A stretch of 64,000 nt of DNA, taken from positions 1 to 64,000 of the forward strand of contig JAFATB010000009.1 in assembly GCA_019244185.1 (NCBI GenBank), read 5' to 3'. Under the pieces are notes generated by a model. That model searched no databases, was not told where the DNA came from, and saw only the letters and a list, made by a program, of their open reading frames with translations. Of the stretch, positions 1-11,431 are shown piece by piece. A program made the translations under genes and the position numbers. The stretch's first letter is position 1, and every line of letters begins with the position of its first letter. The DNA comes from Acidobacteriota bacterium (GTDB taxonomy: Bacteria; Acidobacteriota; Thermoanaerobaculia; Gp7-AA8).

Positions 1-35
1 TCGGCGCCGGCGTCGTCACCAAGATTCTGGAGTAA
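1..35 (+). CDS. tuf: Elongation factor Tu, C-terminal end (partial)
   Basis: Translates as ...[11 protein letters not shown], the typical EF-Tu C-terminus, directly upstream of rpsJ. Confidence 0.9.
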   Translation, partial: GAGVVTKILE

Positions 36-39
36 CCCG

Positions 40-360
<321 letters not shown>

Positions 361-433
361 CGCTCTGCGATAGAGCCGCGCCAACACACAAGAACCGGGC
401 GCAAACCGGTTCCAAGGTGGAAAGAACTTACAC

Positions 434-1075
434 ATGGCAATCGAAGGAATCATTGGCAAGAAGGTCGGGATGACGCAGGTGTTCGCCGAAGACGGCGCGC
501 TCGTGCCTGTGACCGTCATCCAGGCCGGCCCCTGCTTCGTGGTGCAGAAGAAGACCAGTGACAAGGACGGCTACGACGCCGTGCAGATCGGTCTGGTCGA
601 AAAGGTCTCGAACCGCCGCATCACCAGCGCGCTGCGCGGGCATTTCGAGAAGGCCGGCGTGCAGCCGGTGAAGACGATCGCGGAAGTGCCGTACAGCGGC
701 GACGCGAACGTGGGCGACCGCGTGCAGGTCGACATCTTCAAGGCGGGCGACTCGATCGACGTCGTCGGCCAGTCGAAGGGCAAGGGCTATCAGGGCGTCG
801 TGCGCCGTCACGGCTTCGCCGGCGGACGCGAGTCGCACGGCTCGATGTTCCACCGCGCTCCCGGCTCGATCGGCGCCTCGGCGTTCCCGTCGCGCGTCAT
901 GAAGGGCATGCGCATGGGCGGCCGCATGGGCGGCGCTCAGGTCACGGTCAAGAACCTCCGCGTGGCGAAGGTGGACGCCGAGAACAACCTGCTCTACATC
1001 CGCGGCGCCGTTCCGGGCGGCCGCAACGGCCTCGTCTTCGTGCAGTTTTCCAAGAACGGGAAGCGGGGTGAGTAA
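434..1075 (+). CDS. rplC: 50S ribosomal protein L3
   Basis: GKKVGMTQ...DGYDAVQ...KGKGYQG...HRAPGSIG. Confidence 0.99.
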   Translation: MAIEGIIGKKVGMTQVFAEDGALVPVTVIQAGPCFVVQKKTSDKDGYDAVQIGLVEKVSNRRITSALRGHFEKAGVQPVKTIAEVPYSGDANVGDRVQVDIFKAGDSIDVVGQSKGKGYQGVVRRHGFAGGRESHGSMFHRAPGSIGASAFPSRVMKGMRMGGRMGGAQVTVKNLRVAKVDAENNLLYIRGAVPGGRNGLVFVQFSKNGKRGE

Positions 1076-1077
1076 CC

Positions 1078-1710
1078 ATGCCGACCATTGACGTCAAGGA
1101 CTGGAACAACAAGAAAGTCGGCTCGGTCGAGTTGCCCGACGAGATCTTTGCATATCCATACAAAGAGCATCTCGTGCACGAGGCCGTGCGCAACTATCTC
1201 GCCTCGCTGCGCCAGGGCACGCACAAGACCAAGACCCGCTCGGAAGTGAGCGGCTCCGGCAAGAAGCCGTTCCGCCAGAAGGGCACCGGCCGCGCGCGCC
1301 AGGGCGGCGCCCGCCCGCCGATCCACCGCCACGGCGGCACGGTGTTCGGCCCGCAGCCGCGCGACTACTCGTACAAGATGAACACGAAGGAGAAGAAGGC
1401 GGCCCTCAAGTCGGCTCTCTCCCAGCGTGTGAAGGAAGGCCACTTCGTCGTGATCAGCGACATGGCCGTGGACGAGGCGAAGACGAAGGCCTTCGCCACG
1501 CGCATCGCCGAGATCGGCGTCGACGGCAAGGCCCTGCTCGTGGACTCGATGGAGAACACGAACGCGGTGCTCGCCTCGCGCAACAACCCGAAGCTGCAGT
1601 TCGTCGACGCGCTGCACGTCAACGTGTACGACGTCGTCAACAGCCGGTACATCGTCCTGAGCCAGGCCGCGCTCGACCGACTGACGGAGGCTCTCAGCAA
1701 TGAACGCTAA
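1078..1710 (+). CDS. rplD: 50S ribosomal protein L4
   Basis: RQGTHKTKTRSEVSGSGKKPFRQKGTGRARQG. Confidence 0.99.
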   Translation: MPTIDVKDWNNKKVGSVELPDEIFAYPYKEHLVHEAVRNYLASLRQGTHKTKTRSEVSGSGKKPFRQKGTGRARQGGARPPIHRHGGTVFGPQPRDYSYKMNTKEKKAALKSALSQRVKEGHFVVISDMAVDEAKTKAFATRIAEIGVDGKALLVDSMENTNAVLASRNNPKLQFVDALHVNVYDVVNSRYIVLSQAALDRLTEALSNER

Positions 1711-1993
1711 TCAGATCATCCGCCGGCCGCTCGTCACCGAGAAGTCGACGCTGCTGCGCGAGTCGGGCGCGAACGTGATCGCGTTCGAGGTCGCCCCGAA
1801 CGCGAACAAGATCGAAGTCAAGCGCGCCGTCGAAGAGCTCTTCAAGGTGAAGGTCGACGAAGTGCGCGTGTTCAACGTCCGCGGAAAGATGAAGCGGATG
1901 GGCCGCTGGGCCGGCCGGCGCCGCGACTGGCGCAAGGCATACGTCCGCCTCAAGGCGGGCGAGAAGGCGCCGGACTTTATCGAAGGCGTGTAA
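1700..1993 (+). CDS. rplW: 50S ribosomal protein L23
   Basis: PLVTEKS...ANKIEVKRAVEELFKVKV...WRKAYVRL. Confidence 0.99.
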   Translation: MNANQIIRRPLVTEKSTLLRESGANVIAFEVAPNANKIEVKRAVEELFKVKVDEVRVFNVRGKMKRMGRWAGRRRDWRKAYVRLKAGEKAPDFIEGV

Positions 1994-2020
1994 CGCACTA
2001 GCCGAAAACGAGAAAAGACT

Positions 2021-2845
2021 ATGGCTAAGACAAACTACAAACCGACTTCACCGGGTGTCCGGTTCCAGTCGCACGCGTCCTTCGACGAGATCACGAAGAC
2101 GCGTCCTGAGAAGTCGCTGACGACGGGCAAGCCGAAGACCGGCGGCCGCAACAGCAAGGGCCGCGTCACCTCGCGCTTCATCGGCGGCGGACACAAACAG
2201 AAGTATCGCGACATCGACTTCAAGCGCGACAAGCGCGGGATTCCCGCGAAGGTCGCGGCGATCGAGTACGACCCGAATCGCACCGCGCACATCGCGCTGC
2301 TGCACTACGCCGACGGCGAGAAGCGCTACATCCTCGCGCCGAACGGCCTCGCGGTCGGCACCACGATCACCGCGGGCGAGGACGCCGACATCCTGGTGGG
2401 CAACGCTCTCCCGCTGTCGAAGATCCCTCTCGGTACGCTGATCCACAACATCGAGCTCAAGGAAGGCAAGGGCGGCCAGATGGTCCGCTCCGCCGGCGCC
2501 GCCGCGCAGCTCATCGCCCGCGAGGGTGACTACGCGACGCTCCGTCTTCCCTCGGGCGAGATGCGCAAGGTGCACACGCGCTGCTACGCCACGATCGGAC
2601 AGGTCGGCAACCTCGAGCACGAGAACGTTTCGATCGGCAAGGCGGGCCGCACCCGTCACCTCGGCAAGCGTCCGCACAACCGCGGCGTCTCGATGAACCC
2701 CGTCGACCACCCGCTGGGCGGCGGCGAGGGCAAGACCTCCGGCGGCCGTCATCCGGTCTCGCCGTGGGGCCAGCCCACCAAGGGCTACAAGACCCGCCGC
2801 AACAAGCAGACGAACAAGTTCATCGTCAAGCGGAGAACCAAGTAA
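2021..2845 (+). CDS. rplB: 50S ribosomal protein L2
   Basis: IEYDPNRTA...[17 protein letters not shown]. Confidence 0.99.
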   Translation: MAKTNYKPTSPGVRFQSHASFDEITKTRPEKSLTTGKPKTGGRNSKGRVTSRFIGGGHKQKYRDIDFKRDKRGIPAKVAAIEYDPNRTAHIALLHYADGEKRYILAPNGLAVGTTITAGEDADILVGNALPLSKIPLGTLIHNIELKEGKGGQMVRSAGAAAQLIAREGDYATLRLPSGEMRKVHTRCYATIGQVGNLEHENVSIGKAGRTRHLGKRPHNRGVSMNPVDHPLGGGEGKTSGGRHPVSPWGQPTKGYKTRRNKQTNKFIVKRRTK

Positions 2846-3135
2846 TGCGCTCACAGAAAAAAGGTCCGTTCGTGGACGACCACCTGACCAAGAAGGTCGA
2901 GGCGATGAACCGCGAGCGCGACAAGAAGGTCATCAAGACCTGGTCGCGCCGGTCGACGGTGGTTCCGGACATGGTCGGGCACACGATCGCGGTCCATAAC
3001 GGCCGCAAGTTCATCCCGGTCTACGTCTCCGAGAACATGGTCGGCCACAAGCTCGGCGAGTTCGCGCTGACGCGCACGTTCAAGGGCCACAGCGGCAAGA
3101 AGGTCGAGAAGACCGCCAAGCCGGCCGGCAAATAG
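2845..3135 (+). CDS. rpsS: 30S ribosomal protein S19
   Basis: [11 protein letters not shown]...KTWSRRST...[10 protein letters not shown]; ATG overlaps the rplB stop (TAATG). Confidence 0.99.
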   Translation: MRSQKKGPFVDDHLTKKVEAMNRERDKKVIKTWSRRSTVVPDMVGHTIAVHNGRKFIPVYVSENMVGHKLGEFALTRTFKGHSGKKVEKTAKPAGK

Positions 3136-3147
3136 CGGAGAAGAACG

Positions 3148-3534
3148 ATGGAAGCAACGGCAACTCTGAAATACCTGAAAGCCTCGCCGCAGAAGGTGCG
3201 CCTCGTCGCGGATCTCGTGCGCGGCAAGAAGGTCGAGGAAGCGCTGAACATCCTGCGCTTCACGCGGAAGACCTGCGCGAAGGACCTCGAGAAGCTGCTC
3301 CGCTCGGCCATCGCCAACGCGGAGAACAAGGAAGCGGGCGCCGACGTCGACGAGCTCGTGGTCTCGAAGATCTACGTCAACGAGGGGCCGCGTGAGAAGC
3401 GCGTGCAGCCCGCGCCGATGGGTCGCGCCTACCGCATCCAGAAGCGGCAGTCGCACATCACCGTGCACGTCTCGGACGAAGTCAAAGCGGTCAACGAGCG
3501 CAGCGGCGGCAAGGGCCGCGCCCGCGCGAAATAA
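3148..3534 (+). CDS. rplV: 50S ribosomal protein L22
   Basis: SPQKVRLVADLVRGK...SAIANAE...GRAYRIQKRQSHITV. Confidence 0.99.
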   Translation: MEATATLKYLKASPQKVRLVADLVRGKKVEEALNILRFTRKTCAKDLEKLLRSAIANAENKEAGADVDELVVSKIYVNEGPREKRVQPAPMGRAYRIQKRQSHITVHVSDEVKAVNERSGGKGRARAK

Positions 3535-3546
3535 CGGAGGCACATC

Positions 3547-4197
3547 TTGGGTCAGAAGGTCAATCCTTACGGTTTTCGGCTGGGCTTCAACAAGACCTGG
3601 CATTCGCGCTGGTTCGCGGGGAAGAACTACGCCGAGACGCTCCATCGCGATCTGAAGCTTCGCGAGGACCTCAAGAAGCGCCTCAGCCATGCGGGCGTGT
3701 CGGAGATCGACATCGAGCGCACGGCCAACAAAATGCGCATCAACATCTACACCTCGCGCCCGGGCATCATCATCGGACGCAAAGGTGCGGAAGTGGACAA
3801 GCTGCGCGACGAGCTGCAGAAGCTCGTCAGCGGCGAGGTCTACATCAACATCCAGGAGATCCAGCGTCCGGAGCTCGATTCGCAGCTCGTGGCCGAGAAC
3901 ATCGCCACGCAGCTCGAGCGCCGCATCGCCTTCCGCCGCGCGATGAAGAAGGCCATGGAGTCGGCCTTCCGCTTCGGCGCGAAGGGGATCAAGGTCCGCG
4001 TGTCCGGCCGCCTCAACGGCGCCGAGATCGCGCGCACCGAGTGGTATCAGGACGGCCGCCTGCCGCTGCACACGCTGAAGGCCGACATCGACTATGGTCT
4101 GGCCACGGCGCGGACGACGTACGGCGTCATCGGCATCAAGGTGTGGCTCTACAAGGGTGAGATGGCCAAGACGCGCTCCCGCCGGCGCGCGCAGTAG
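3547..4197 (+). CDS. rpsC: 30S ribosomal protein S3 (TTG start)
   Basis: [13 protein letters not shown]...[10 protein letters not shown]...[10 protein letters not shown]; GGAGG upstream of the TTG. Confidence 0.99.
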   Translation: MGQKVNPYGFRLGFNKTWHSRWFAGKNYAETLHRDLKLREDLKKRLSHAGVSEIDIERTANKMRINIYTSRPGIIIGRKGAEVDKLRDELQKLVSGEVYINIQEIQRPELDSQLVAENIATQLERRIAFRRAMKKAMESAFRFGAKGIKVRVSGRLNGAEIARTEWYQDGRLPLHTLKADIDYGLATARTTYGVIGIKVWLYKGEMAKTRSRRRAQ

Positions 4198-4227
4198 TTC
4201 GCAAACGAGTTCAGGAGAAACCGCATC

Positions 4228-4653
4228 ATGATGATGCCGAAGAAGGTCAAGTTCAGAAAGCAGCAGCGCGGACGGCGCCGCGGCCTCGCCACGCGAGGCG
4301 CGAAGGTCTCGTTCGGCGACTACGGTCTGCAGGCGCTCGAGGTGGGCTGGGTCACCGCCCGCCAGATCGAGGCCGCCCGTATCGCCATGACGCGCCACAT
4401 CAAGCGCGGCGGCAAGATCTGGATCCGCATCTTCCCCGACAAGCCGGTCACCAAGAAGCCGCTCGAAACCCGCATGGGCAAGGGCAAGGGTGCGCCGGAA
4501 GAGTGGGTGTGCGTGATCAAGCCCGCCCGCATCCTCTACGAGATGGAGGGTGTGACGCGCGAGGTCGCCGAGGAGGCGTTCCGCCTGGCGGGATCCAAGC
4601 TGCCGATCAAGACGCGCTTCGTCACGCGCGAGCAGACGGAGGTCGGTGAGTAA
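4228..4653 (+). CDS. rplP: 50S ribosomal protein L16
   Basis: [12 protein letters not shown]...QIEAARIA...RMGKGKG. Confidence 0.99.
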   Translation: MMMPKKVKFRKQQRGRRRGLATRGAKVSFGDYGLQALEVGWVTARQIEAARIAMTRHIKRGGKIWIRIFPDKPVTKKPLETRMGKGKGAPEEWVCVIKPARILYEMEGVTREVAEEAFRLAGSKLPIKTRFVTREQTEVGE

Positions 4654-4859
4654 TGGCCAGCAAGAAGACGATCACGACCCTGCGCGACAAGAGCGCCGAC
4701 GAGCTTCGCTCGCGGGAGCGCGACCTGCGCGAGCAGCTGTTCAAGCTCCGCTTCCAGCGCGCCACGGGGCGGATGGAAAACCCGATGAAGATGCGTCAGG
4801 TCCGCCGCGAGATCGCGCAGATCGCGACGCTGCTCAACGAGCGCGAGCGCAGCGCGTAA
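4653..4859 (+). CDS. rpmC: 50S ribosomal protein L29
   Basis: LFKLRFQRATG...VRREIAQIATLLNE; position in the S10 operon. Confidence 0.98.
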   Translation: MASKKTITTLRDKSADELRSRERDLREQLFKLRFQRATGRMENPMKMRQVRREIAQIATLLNERERSA

Positions 4860-4871
4860 GGAACACAGGCA

Positions 4872-5153
4872 ATGGCTACGAACGAAACGAACAACGGGAA
4901 GACGGCGGCGGACAAGCGCACCAAGATCGGTGTGGTGGTCTCCAACAAGATGCAGAAGACCGTGGTGGTCGCCGTCGAGAACCTCGTCAAGCACGAGATG
5001 TATCAGAAGTACATCAAGCGCACGAACAAGTTCCTCGCGCACGCGGAGCAGAACGACATCAACGTCGGCGACCGCGTGGTGATCGAGGAGACGCGCCCGC
5101 TCTCGAAGCGCAAGCGCTGGAACGTGCGCGAAGTCCTGGACAAGGCGAGCTAA
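4872..5153 (+). CDS. rpsQ: 30S ribosomal protein S17
   Basis: [14 protein letters not shown]...[11 protein letters not shown]. Confidence 0.99.
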   Translation: MATNETNNGKTAADKRTKIGVVVSNKMQKTVVVAVENLVKHEMYQKYIKRTNKFLAHAEQNDINVGDRVVIEETRPLSKRKRWNVREVLDKAS

Positions 5154-5181
5154 ATCAACCGCACCGGGGGGAGACAGAATC

Positions 5182-5553
5182 ATGATTCAGATGGGAACCA
5201 TCCTGCAGGTCGCGGACAACACCGGAGCGAAGAAGATCGCCTGCATCCGCATGCGCGGCGGCTCGACGGCCGGCCAGTACGCCGGCGTCGGCGACGTGAT
5301 CACCGCCTCGGTCAAGGAAGCCTCGCCGGACGGCACGGTCAAGAAGGGCGCGGTCGTGAGAGCGGTCATCGTCCGCACCGTCAAGGAGACGCGCCGCCGC
5401 GACGGCTCCTACATCAAGTTCGACGACAACGCCGCGGTCCTGATCAACGATCAGCGCGAGCCGGTCGGCACGCGCGTCTTCGGTCCGGTCGCCCGCGAGC
5501 TCCGCGAGCGGAAGTTCATGAAGATCATCTCGCTCGCGCCGGAAGTCATCTAA
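5182..5553 (+). CDS. rplN: 50S ribosomal protein L14
   Basis: MIQ...VADNTGAK...FDDNAAV...[12 protein letters not shown]...SLAPEVI. Confidence 0.99.
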   Translation: MIQMGTILQVADNTGAKKIACIRMRGGSTAGQYAGVGDVITASVKEASPDGTVKKGAVVRAVIVRTVKETRRRDGSYIKFDDNAAVLINDQREPVGTRVFGPVARELRERKFMKIISLAPEVI

Positions 5554-5565
5554 AGGAAGCACACC

Positions 5566-5931
5566 ATGGGACTGTACGGACGTAGCATCAAACAGGACGA
5601 GACGCGCCACAAGCCGCACGTCAAGAAGGGCGACACGGTTCGCGTGCTGTCGGGCAAGGACCGCGGCAAGCAGGGCCGCGTGCTCCGCGTCAACGCGACG
5701 AAGGGCACGGCCATCGTCGAGCGCGTCAACTTCACCAAGAAGCACACCAAACCGAACCCCGGCAAGAACGTGCAGGGCGGCATCCTCGAGCGCGAGTCCC
5801 CGATCAACGTGGCCAAGCTCCAGGTGGTCTGCCCGAGCTGCAACGAGCCGGCGCGTCTCGGATCGCACCGCAACGAAGAAGGCGAAGCGCAGCGCTTCTG
5901 CCGCAAATGCAAGGCGGACCTCGGCAAGTAA
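5566..5931 (+). CDS. rplX: 50S ribosomal protein L24
   Basis: KOW motif [19 protein letters not shown]. Confidence 0.98.
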   Translation: MGLYGRSIKQDETRHKPHVKKGDTVRVLSGKDRGKQGRVLRVNATKGTAIVERVNFTKKHTKPNPGKNVQGGILERESPINVAKLQVVCPSCNEPARLGSHRNEEGEAQRFCRKCKADLGK

Positions 5932-5987
5932 GCCGGGACCGCTCATCGACCTGGCTCGTACAACGCCGAGCCGCTGAAGGAACCAAG

Positions 5988-6533
5988 ATGGCAGCCAGAC
6001 TCAAAGACCACTACACGAACGAAGTGCGCAAGCGGCTTCAGAACGAGTTCCAGATCAAGAACCCGATGGCCGTGCCCAAGATCGAGAAAGTCGTTCTCAA
6101 CATGGGCATGGGCGAGGCGATCTCGAACTCGAAGCTGCTCGACACCGCCGTCGAGGACCTCTCCACGATCACCGGCCAGAAGCCGGTGGTCACGCGCGCG
6201 AAGAAGTCCATCGCGGCGTTCAAGCTCCGCGAGGGCGTTCCCATCGGCACGATGGTGACGCTGCGCGGCGAGAAGATGTACGAGTTTCTCGACCGTCTCA
6301 TCAACGTCGCGCTGCCGCGCGTGCGCGACTTCCGCGGCGTGCCGACGCGCTCGTTCGACGGACGCGGCAACTACACCCTCGGCATCCGCGACCACGTCAT
6401 CTTCCCCGAGATCGACGCGGGCAAGGTCGACAAGTCGAAGGGCATGAACATCACGATCGTCACCACGGCGAAGAATGACGAGCAGGCTCGTTTCCTTCTT
6501 CGCGAGCTCGGGATGCCGTTCGCCGGCAAATAA
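5988..6533 (+). CDS. rplE: 50S ribosomal protein L5
   Basis: [11 protein letters not shown]...ITGQKP...[10 protein letters not shown]; start placed at the ATG after AAGGA. Confidence 0.99.
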   Translation: MAARLKDHYTNEVRKRLQNEFQIKNPMAVPKIEKVVLNMGMGEAISNSKLLDTAVEDLSTITGQKPVVTRAKKSIAAFKLREGVPIGTMVTLRGEKMYEFLDRLINVALPRVRDFRGVPTRSFDGRGNYTLGIRDHVIFPEIDAGKVDKSKGMNITIVTTAKNDEQARFLLRELGMPFAGK

Positions 6534-6547
6534 GAAGAGGACAGCAC

Positions 6548-6733
6548 ATGGCAAAGACCTCAATGATCGTCAAAGCGGAGCGGAAGCCGAAGTTCTCGGT
6601 GCGCAAGCGCAACCGCTGCAAGAGCTGCGGACGTCCCCGCGGCTACCTGCGGAAGTTTCAGCTCTGCCGCATCTGCTTCCGGCAGCTCTCGCTCGGCGGT
6701 TACATCCCGGGCGTCACCAAGGCGAGCTGGTAG
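6548..6733 (+). CDS. rpsN: 30S ribosomal protein S14, zinc-binding type Z
   Basis: 61 aa with CKSC...CRIC, ending PGVTKASW. Confidence 0.98.
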   Translation: MAKTSMIVKAERKPKFSVRKRNRCKSCGRPRGYLRKFQLCRICFRQLSLGGYIPGVTKASW

Positions 6734-6766
6734 CTCCAACACGACCGACTACAGGAGTCACAACAC

Positions 6767-7168
6767 ATGTCGATGACAGATCCCATCGCGGATATGCTCA
6801 CCCGAATCCGCAACGGAATTCAGTCGCGCCACGATCGCGTGGAGATGCCGAGCTCGAAGCTGAAGGTGGAGGTTGCACGCATCCTCAAGTCCGAAGGCTT
6901 CGTCAGCAACTTCAAAGTCGTCCAGGAAGACGGCAAGCCGCATGCGACGTTGCGCGTGTATCTCAAGTACTCGGACGGCGAGCCCGTCATCCACGGCATC
7001 GAGCGCGTGTCGCGTCCCGGCCGCCGCGTGTACCGCGGCAAGGAAGACATCCCGCAGGTGCTCGGCGGCCTCGGCCTGGCCATCGTCTCGACCTCGAAGG
7101 GCGTCCTCTCGGGCGCCGAGGCCGCGAAGATTGGCGTCGGCGGCGAAGTGCTTTGCCAGGTTTGGTAA
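6767..7168 (+). CDS. rpsH: 30S ribosomal protein S8
   Basis: MTDPIADMLTRIRN...SRPGRRVY...GGEVLCQVW. Confidence 0.99.
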   Translation: MSMTDPIADMLTRIRNGIQSRHDRVEMPSSKLKVEVARILKSEGFVSNFKVVQEDGKPHATLRVYLKYSDGEPVIHGIERVSRPGRRVYRGKEDIPQVLGGLGLAIVSTSKGVLSGAEAAKIGVGGEVLCQVW

Positions 7169-7180
7169 GGAGATCCGCAA

Positions 7181-7723
7181 ATGTCTCGTATCGGTAAGAA
7201 AGAGATCCCGCTGCCGAAAGGCGTCGAGGTCAAGCAGGACGGCGGCAACGTCGTCGTGAAGGGTCCCAAGGGCTCGCTGCAGACCGCGATCGTCCCCGGC
7301 ATCTCGATGTCGGTGGAGAACAACGTCGTGAAGTTCGAGCGCCGCGACGACGAGGGCAAGACCCGCGCGTTCCACGGCCTCATGCGCGCGCTCGTGGCGA
7401 ACAACGTCAAGGGCGTGAGCGAAGGCTTCAAGCGCGAGCTCGACATCGTCGGCGTCGGTTATCGCGCCGAGGTGAAGGGGCGCGAGGTCGTGTTCGCGCT
7501 CGGCTACTCGCATCCGGTGCGCTTCCCGATTCCGGAAGGCATCGACATCGCCGTCGACGCGAAGACCGGCCACATCACCGTGACCGGCATCGATCGCCAG
7601 AAGGTCGGGCAGGTCGCCTCGGAGATCCGCTCGCTGCGCGAGCCGGATCCGTACAAGGGCAAGGGCATCAAGTACAGCGACGAAGTGATTCGCCGCAAGG
7701 CCGGCAAGGCCGCGGGCAAGTAA
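7181..7723 (+). CDS. rplF: 50S ribosomal protein L6
   Basis: MSRIGK...GVGYRA...PDPYKGKGI. Confidence 0.99.
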   Translation: MSRIGKKEIPLPKGVEVKQDGGNVVVKGPKGSLQTAIVPGISMSVENNVVKFERRDDEGKTRAFHGLMRALVANNVKGVSEGFKRELDIVGVGYRAEVKGREVVFALGYSHPVRFPIPEGIDIAVDAKTGHITVTGIDRQKVGQVASEIRSLREPDPYKGKGIKYSDEVIRRKAGKAAGK

Positions 7724-7783
7724 GTTTCGTTAACAGCGTTCACTAGTGGGCCGGGCATCAACCTCGGCACAGAGGAAGCGAAG

Positions 7784-8143
7784 ATGGATCGCGCAAGACA
7801 GAGAGTGGAATCGCGGACGCGCATCCGCGAGCGGGTTCGCCGGAAGGTCACGGGGACGCAGGAGCGTCCGCGCCTGGCCGTGTTCCGGAGCCTCAAGGGC
7901 ATTTACGCGCAGGTGATCGACGACGCGAACGGCCGCACGATCGCGTCGGCCTCGAGCCTCGAGAAGGACGCCGGCGCGAAGGGCTCGAACGCGGCCGCGG
8001 CCAAAGCCGTCGGCGCGCTGATCGCGAAGAAGGCCAAAGACAAGGGCGTGACGCGCGTGGTGTTCGACCGCGGCGGTTACCTCTACCACGGCAACATCAA
8101 GGCGCTCGCGGATGCGGCGCGTGAGAACGGACTGGAATTCTAG
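7784..8143 (+). CDS. rplR: 50S ribosomal protein L18
   Basis: RPRLAVFRS...[11 protein letters not shown]...ARENGLEF. Confidence 0.99.
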   Translation: MDRARQRVESRTRIRERVRRKVTGTQERPRLAVFRSLKGIYAQVIDDANGRTIASASSLEKDAGAKGSNAAAAKAVGALIAKKAKDKGVTRVVFDRGGYLYHGNIKALADAARENGLEF

Positions 8144-8151
8144 GAGATCAC

Positions 8152-8706
8152 ATGCAGCGTCCCATGCAGCGTCCCGGTCAGGGTGGCGGCCCCCGCGGGG
8201 ATCGTCGTCAGGAAGAACGATCCGAAAGCGGGATGATCGACAAGGTCGTCCACATCAACCGCGTGACGAAAGTCGTCAAGGGCGGTAAGAACTTCAGCTT
8301 CAGCGCGCTGGTCGTCGTCGGCGACGGCGCCGGCAAAGTGGGCTTCGGCTCCGGCAAGGCGAAGGAAGTTCCGGCCGCCATCAAGAAGGGCATCGAGATC
8401 GCGAAGAAGAACATGATCACCATCGCGCTCTCCGGCACGACCATCCCGCACGCCACGCTCGGCCACTACGGCGCGGGCAAGGTGTTGCTCAAGCCCGCCT
8501 CGGAAGGTACCGGCGTCATCGCCGGCGGTCCGGTGCGCGCGATCCTCGAGTCGGCCGGCATCCAGAACATCCTCACCAAGTCGCTCGGCACCGCCAACCC
8601 GCACAACGTGGTGAAGGCGACGTTCGAGGCGCTCAAGCAGCTGCGCACCGAGGAGCAGTACAAGTCGCTGCGCGGCGGCGACGAAGCCGACGGAGGCGAG
8701 GCATGA
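8152..8706 (+). CDS. rpsE: 30S ribosomal protein S5
   Basis: [25 protein letters not shown]...GTGVIAGG. Confidence 0.99.
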   Translation: MQRPMQRPGQGGGPRGDRRQEERSESGMIDKVVHINRVTKVVKGGKNFSFSALVVVGDGAGKVGFGSGKAKEVPAAIKKGIEIAKKNMITIALSGTTIPHATLGHYGAGKVLLKPASEGTGVIAGGPVRAILESAGIQNILTKSLGTANPHNVVKATFEALKQLRTEEQYKSLRGGDEADGGEA

Positions 8707-8909
8707 GCGCGCAGCGCGACACGAACGGCGGCGGCAAGACCATCCGCATCCGCCAGGTGCGCAGCGGCATCGGCTGCACGATCGAGATGCGCGAGACGCT
8801 CAAGGCGCTCGGCCTCGGCAAGATGCACCGCGTCACCGAACGCCTTGACACGAAGGAAGTCCGCGGGATGATCGCCAAGATCCCGCATCTCGTCGAAGTC
8901 GTCGAGTAG
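8703..8909 (+). CDS. rpmD: 50S ribosomal protein L30
   Basis: [11 protein letters not shown]...TLKALGL...[11 protein letters not shown]. Confidence 0.97.
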   Translation: MSAQRDTNGGGKTIRIRQVRSGIGCTIEMRETLKALGLGKMHRVTERLDTKEVRGMIAKIPHLVEVVE

Positions 8910-8919
8910 GAGTCATCCG

Positions 8920-9363
8920 ATGGAACTCAACAATCTCAAACCCAAAAAGGGCTCGCGCCACGCGAAAAAGCGTGTCGGCCGCGGCCCCGGCTCCGGCCAC
9001 GGCAAAACGTCGAGCCGCGGTGAGAAGGGACAGAAGTCGCGTTCCGGCTTCAGCCGCACGCTCGGCTTCGAAGGCGGCCAGATGCCGCTGCACCGCCGCC
9101 TGCCGAAGCGTGGCTTCACGAACCTCTTCAAGAAAGATTACGCGGTCGTCAACGTCTCCGATCTCGAGCGCTTCGACAACGGCGCGACGATCGACGAGGC
9201 CGCTCTGCGCCAGGCCGGCCTGGTGAAGGGCCAGCACGACGGCGTCAAGATTCTCGGCGACGGCACGCTGTCGAAGTCGCTGACCGTCTCCGCCACGAAG
9301 TTCTCCGCCTCCGCCCGCAAGCAGATCGAAGCGGCCGGCGGCACCTGCCAGGAGATCCAGTAA
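8920..9363 (+). CDS. rplO: 50S ribosomal protein L15
   Basis: [13 protein letters not shown]...[17 protein letters not shown]. Confidence 0.99.
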   Translation: MELNNLKPKKGSRHAKKRVGRGPGSGHGKTSSRGEKGQKSRSGFSRTLGFEGGQMPLHRRLPKRGFTNLFKKDYAVVNVSDLERFDNGATIDEAALRQAGLVKGQHDGVKILGDGTLSKSLTVSATKFSASARKQIEAAGGTCQEIQ

Positions 9364-9364
9364 C

Positions 9365-10777
9365 GTGATCAATCTGGTCGACACCGTCCGCAACATCTGG
9401 GCGATCGAGGACCTGCGCAAGCGCGTGCTCTTCACGTTCGCGCTGCTGGCGGTCTATCGCCTCGGCTCGCACATCCCGACGCCGGGCGTCGATCCCGTCG
9501 CGCTCTCGGAGTTCTTCAAGGCGATGAGCGGCGGCGTGTTCGGCTTCCTCGACCTGTTCTCCGGCGGCGCGCTGCGCCGTCTCTCGGTCTTCGCCCTCGG
9601 CATCATGCCGTACATCTCCGCTTCCATCATTCTGCAGCTCCTCACGGTCGTCTGGCCGTACCTCGAGAAGCTGTCGAAAGAAGGAGAGATGGGGCGCCGG
9701 AAGATCAACCAGTACACGCGCTACGGCACGATCCTGCTGTCGGTCGTCCAGTCGCTCGGCGTCGCGTTCTGGCTCAAGTCCCAGAGCGCACCGGGCGGCG
9801 CGCCGCTCGTGCCCGCGCACGTGCAGGACGCGGTCTGGGGCCTCGGCTTCCCGATCATGACCGTGCTCACGCTCACCACCGGCACGTCGTTCATCATGTG
9901 GCTCGGTGAGCAGATCTCCGAGCGCGGCATCGGCAACGGCATCTCGCTGATCATCTTCGCCGGCATTGTGGTCGGCCTGCCGTCGGCGGTCCTCACGACC
10001 GTCGAAGACATCCGCACCGGCACGCGCAGCCTCTTCGCGATGCTGTTCCTGATCGTCTTCATGGTCGCGGTCGTCGGATTCGTCGTGTTCATGGAGCGCG
10101 CGCAGCGCCGCATCCCGGTGCAGTACGCGAAGCGCGTCGTCGGCCGCAAGGTCTACGGCGGCGCGAACACGTATCTGCCGCTGCGCGTCAACACCGCGGG
10201 CGTCATCCCGGTCATCTTCGCCTCGTCGATCCTGGTCATTCCGCAGACCATCGCGACGATGATCAAGACGCCGTGGGCGACGGCGATCGGTTCGCAGCTG
10301 CGCGTCGGCGAGCCGCTCTATTACATCCTGCAGGTCGTCGGCATCATCTTCTTCGGCTACTTCTACACGTCGATCGTCTTCAATCCGGTCGACACGGCCG
10401 ACAACATGCGCAAGTACGGCGGCTTCATCCCCGGCATCCGCCCCGGCAAGCGCACGTCGGATTACATCGACCGCGTGCTGACGCGCATCACGTTCGTCGG
10501 CTCGGTGTACCTCGCGGCGGTCTGCATCCTGCCGGAGTTCCTCATCTCCGGCGTGCACGTGGCGCAGCTGCCGTTCGGCGTCGGCGCCGCGCTCGACCGC
10601 GCGCTGCCGCTGTGGTTCACGGAAGGCATGGGCCTGAACTTCTACTTCGGCGGCACGTCGCTGCTGATCGTGGTCGGCGTGGCGATGGACACGATCCAGC
10701 AGATCGAGTCGCAGCTGGTCATGCGTCACTACGACGGCTTCATGAAGAAGGGTCGCATCCGAGGACGCCGCGGCTAA
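9365..10777 (+). CDS. secY: Preprotein translocase subunit SecY
   Basis: SVFALGIMPYISASII...GIGNGISLIIF...GFIPGIRPG...FGGTSLLIVV. Confidence 0.99.
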   Translation: MINLVDTVRNIWAIEDLRKRVLFTFALLAVYRLGSHIPTPGVDPVALSEFFKAMSGGVFGFLDLFSGGALRRLSVFALGIMPYISASIILQLLTVVWPYLEKLSKEGEMGRRKINQYTRYGTILLSVVQSLGVAFWLKSQSAPGGAPLVPAHVQDAVWGLGFPIMTVLTLTTGTSFIMWLGEQISERGIGNGISLIIFAGIVVGLPSAVLTTVEDIRTGTRSLFAMLFLIVFMVAVVGFVVFMERAQRRIPVQYAKRVVGRKVYGGANTYLPLRVNTAGVIPVIFASSILVIPQTIATMIKTPWATAIGSQLRVGEPLYYILQVVGIIFFGYFYTSIVFNPVDTADNMRKYGGFIPGIRPGKRTSDYIDRVLTRITFVGSVYLAAVCILPEFLISGVHVAQLPFGVGAALDRALPLWFTEGMGLNFYFGGTSLLIVVGVAMDTIQQIESQLVMRHYDGFMKKGRIRGRRG

Positions 10778-11415
10778 TGAAGATCATCTTCATCGGACCT
10801 CCGGGCAGCGGGAAGGGTACGCAGGCGAAGCGGCTGGCGAGCCGTTTCGCCATTCCGCACATCTCGACGGGCGACATGCTCCGCGAGGCGATCGCGGAAG
10901 GCACCGAGCTCGGACGGCAAGCCGCTCCGATCATGGCGTCCGGCGCGCTCGTCTCCGACGATCTGATGATCGGCATCATCAACGACCGGCTGGCGAAGGC
11001 CGACGCGCAGGGCGGCTTCATCCTCGACGGCTTTCCGCGCACGCTGGTGCAGGCCGAAAAGCTGGATGGAATCGTCGGGAATGGCTCCGACCCGCTTCGC
11101 GTTCTTCAACTGCTCGTCCCCGACGACGCCATCGTCCGCCGCATCTCGCTGCGACGGACGTGTGCGCAGTGCGGGGCGATTTACCATCTCGAAAACGATC
11201 CGCCGAAAACCGACAGCGTCTGTGACCGCTGCGGCGCGGCGGTGATTGCACGGCCCGACGACAACGAAGAGGCCGTGCGTAAGCGTCTGGAGGCGTTTCA
11301 TCGTCAGACGCTGCCGGTGGCGACGTATTACAAGACGAAGCGGATTCTCCGCGAGGTCGACGGGATTGGTCCCGTCGATGAGGTCTTTGAACGGATCGAA
11401 CAGTCCCTGGCGTGA
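10777..11415 (+). CDS. adk: Adenylate kinase with Zn-binding LID
   Basis: GPPGSGKGTQ, HISTGDMLR, LDGFPRT, CAQC...CDRC; ATG overlaps the secY stop. Confidence 0.98.
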   Translation: MKIIFIGPPGSGKGTQAKRLASRFAIPHISTGDMLREAIAEGTELGRQAAPIMASGALVSDDLMIGIINDRLAKADAQGGFILDGFPRTLVQAEKLDGIVGNGSDPLRVLQLLVPDDAIVRRISLRRTCAQCGAIYHLENDPPKTDSVCDRCGAAVIARPDDNEEAVRKRLEAFHRQTLPVATYYKTKRILREVDGIGPVDEVFERIEQSLA

Positions 11416-11431
11416 CGATGTCTGAGGGCCA

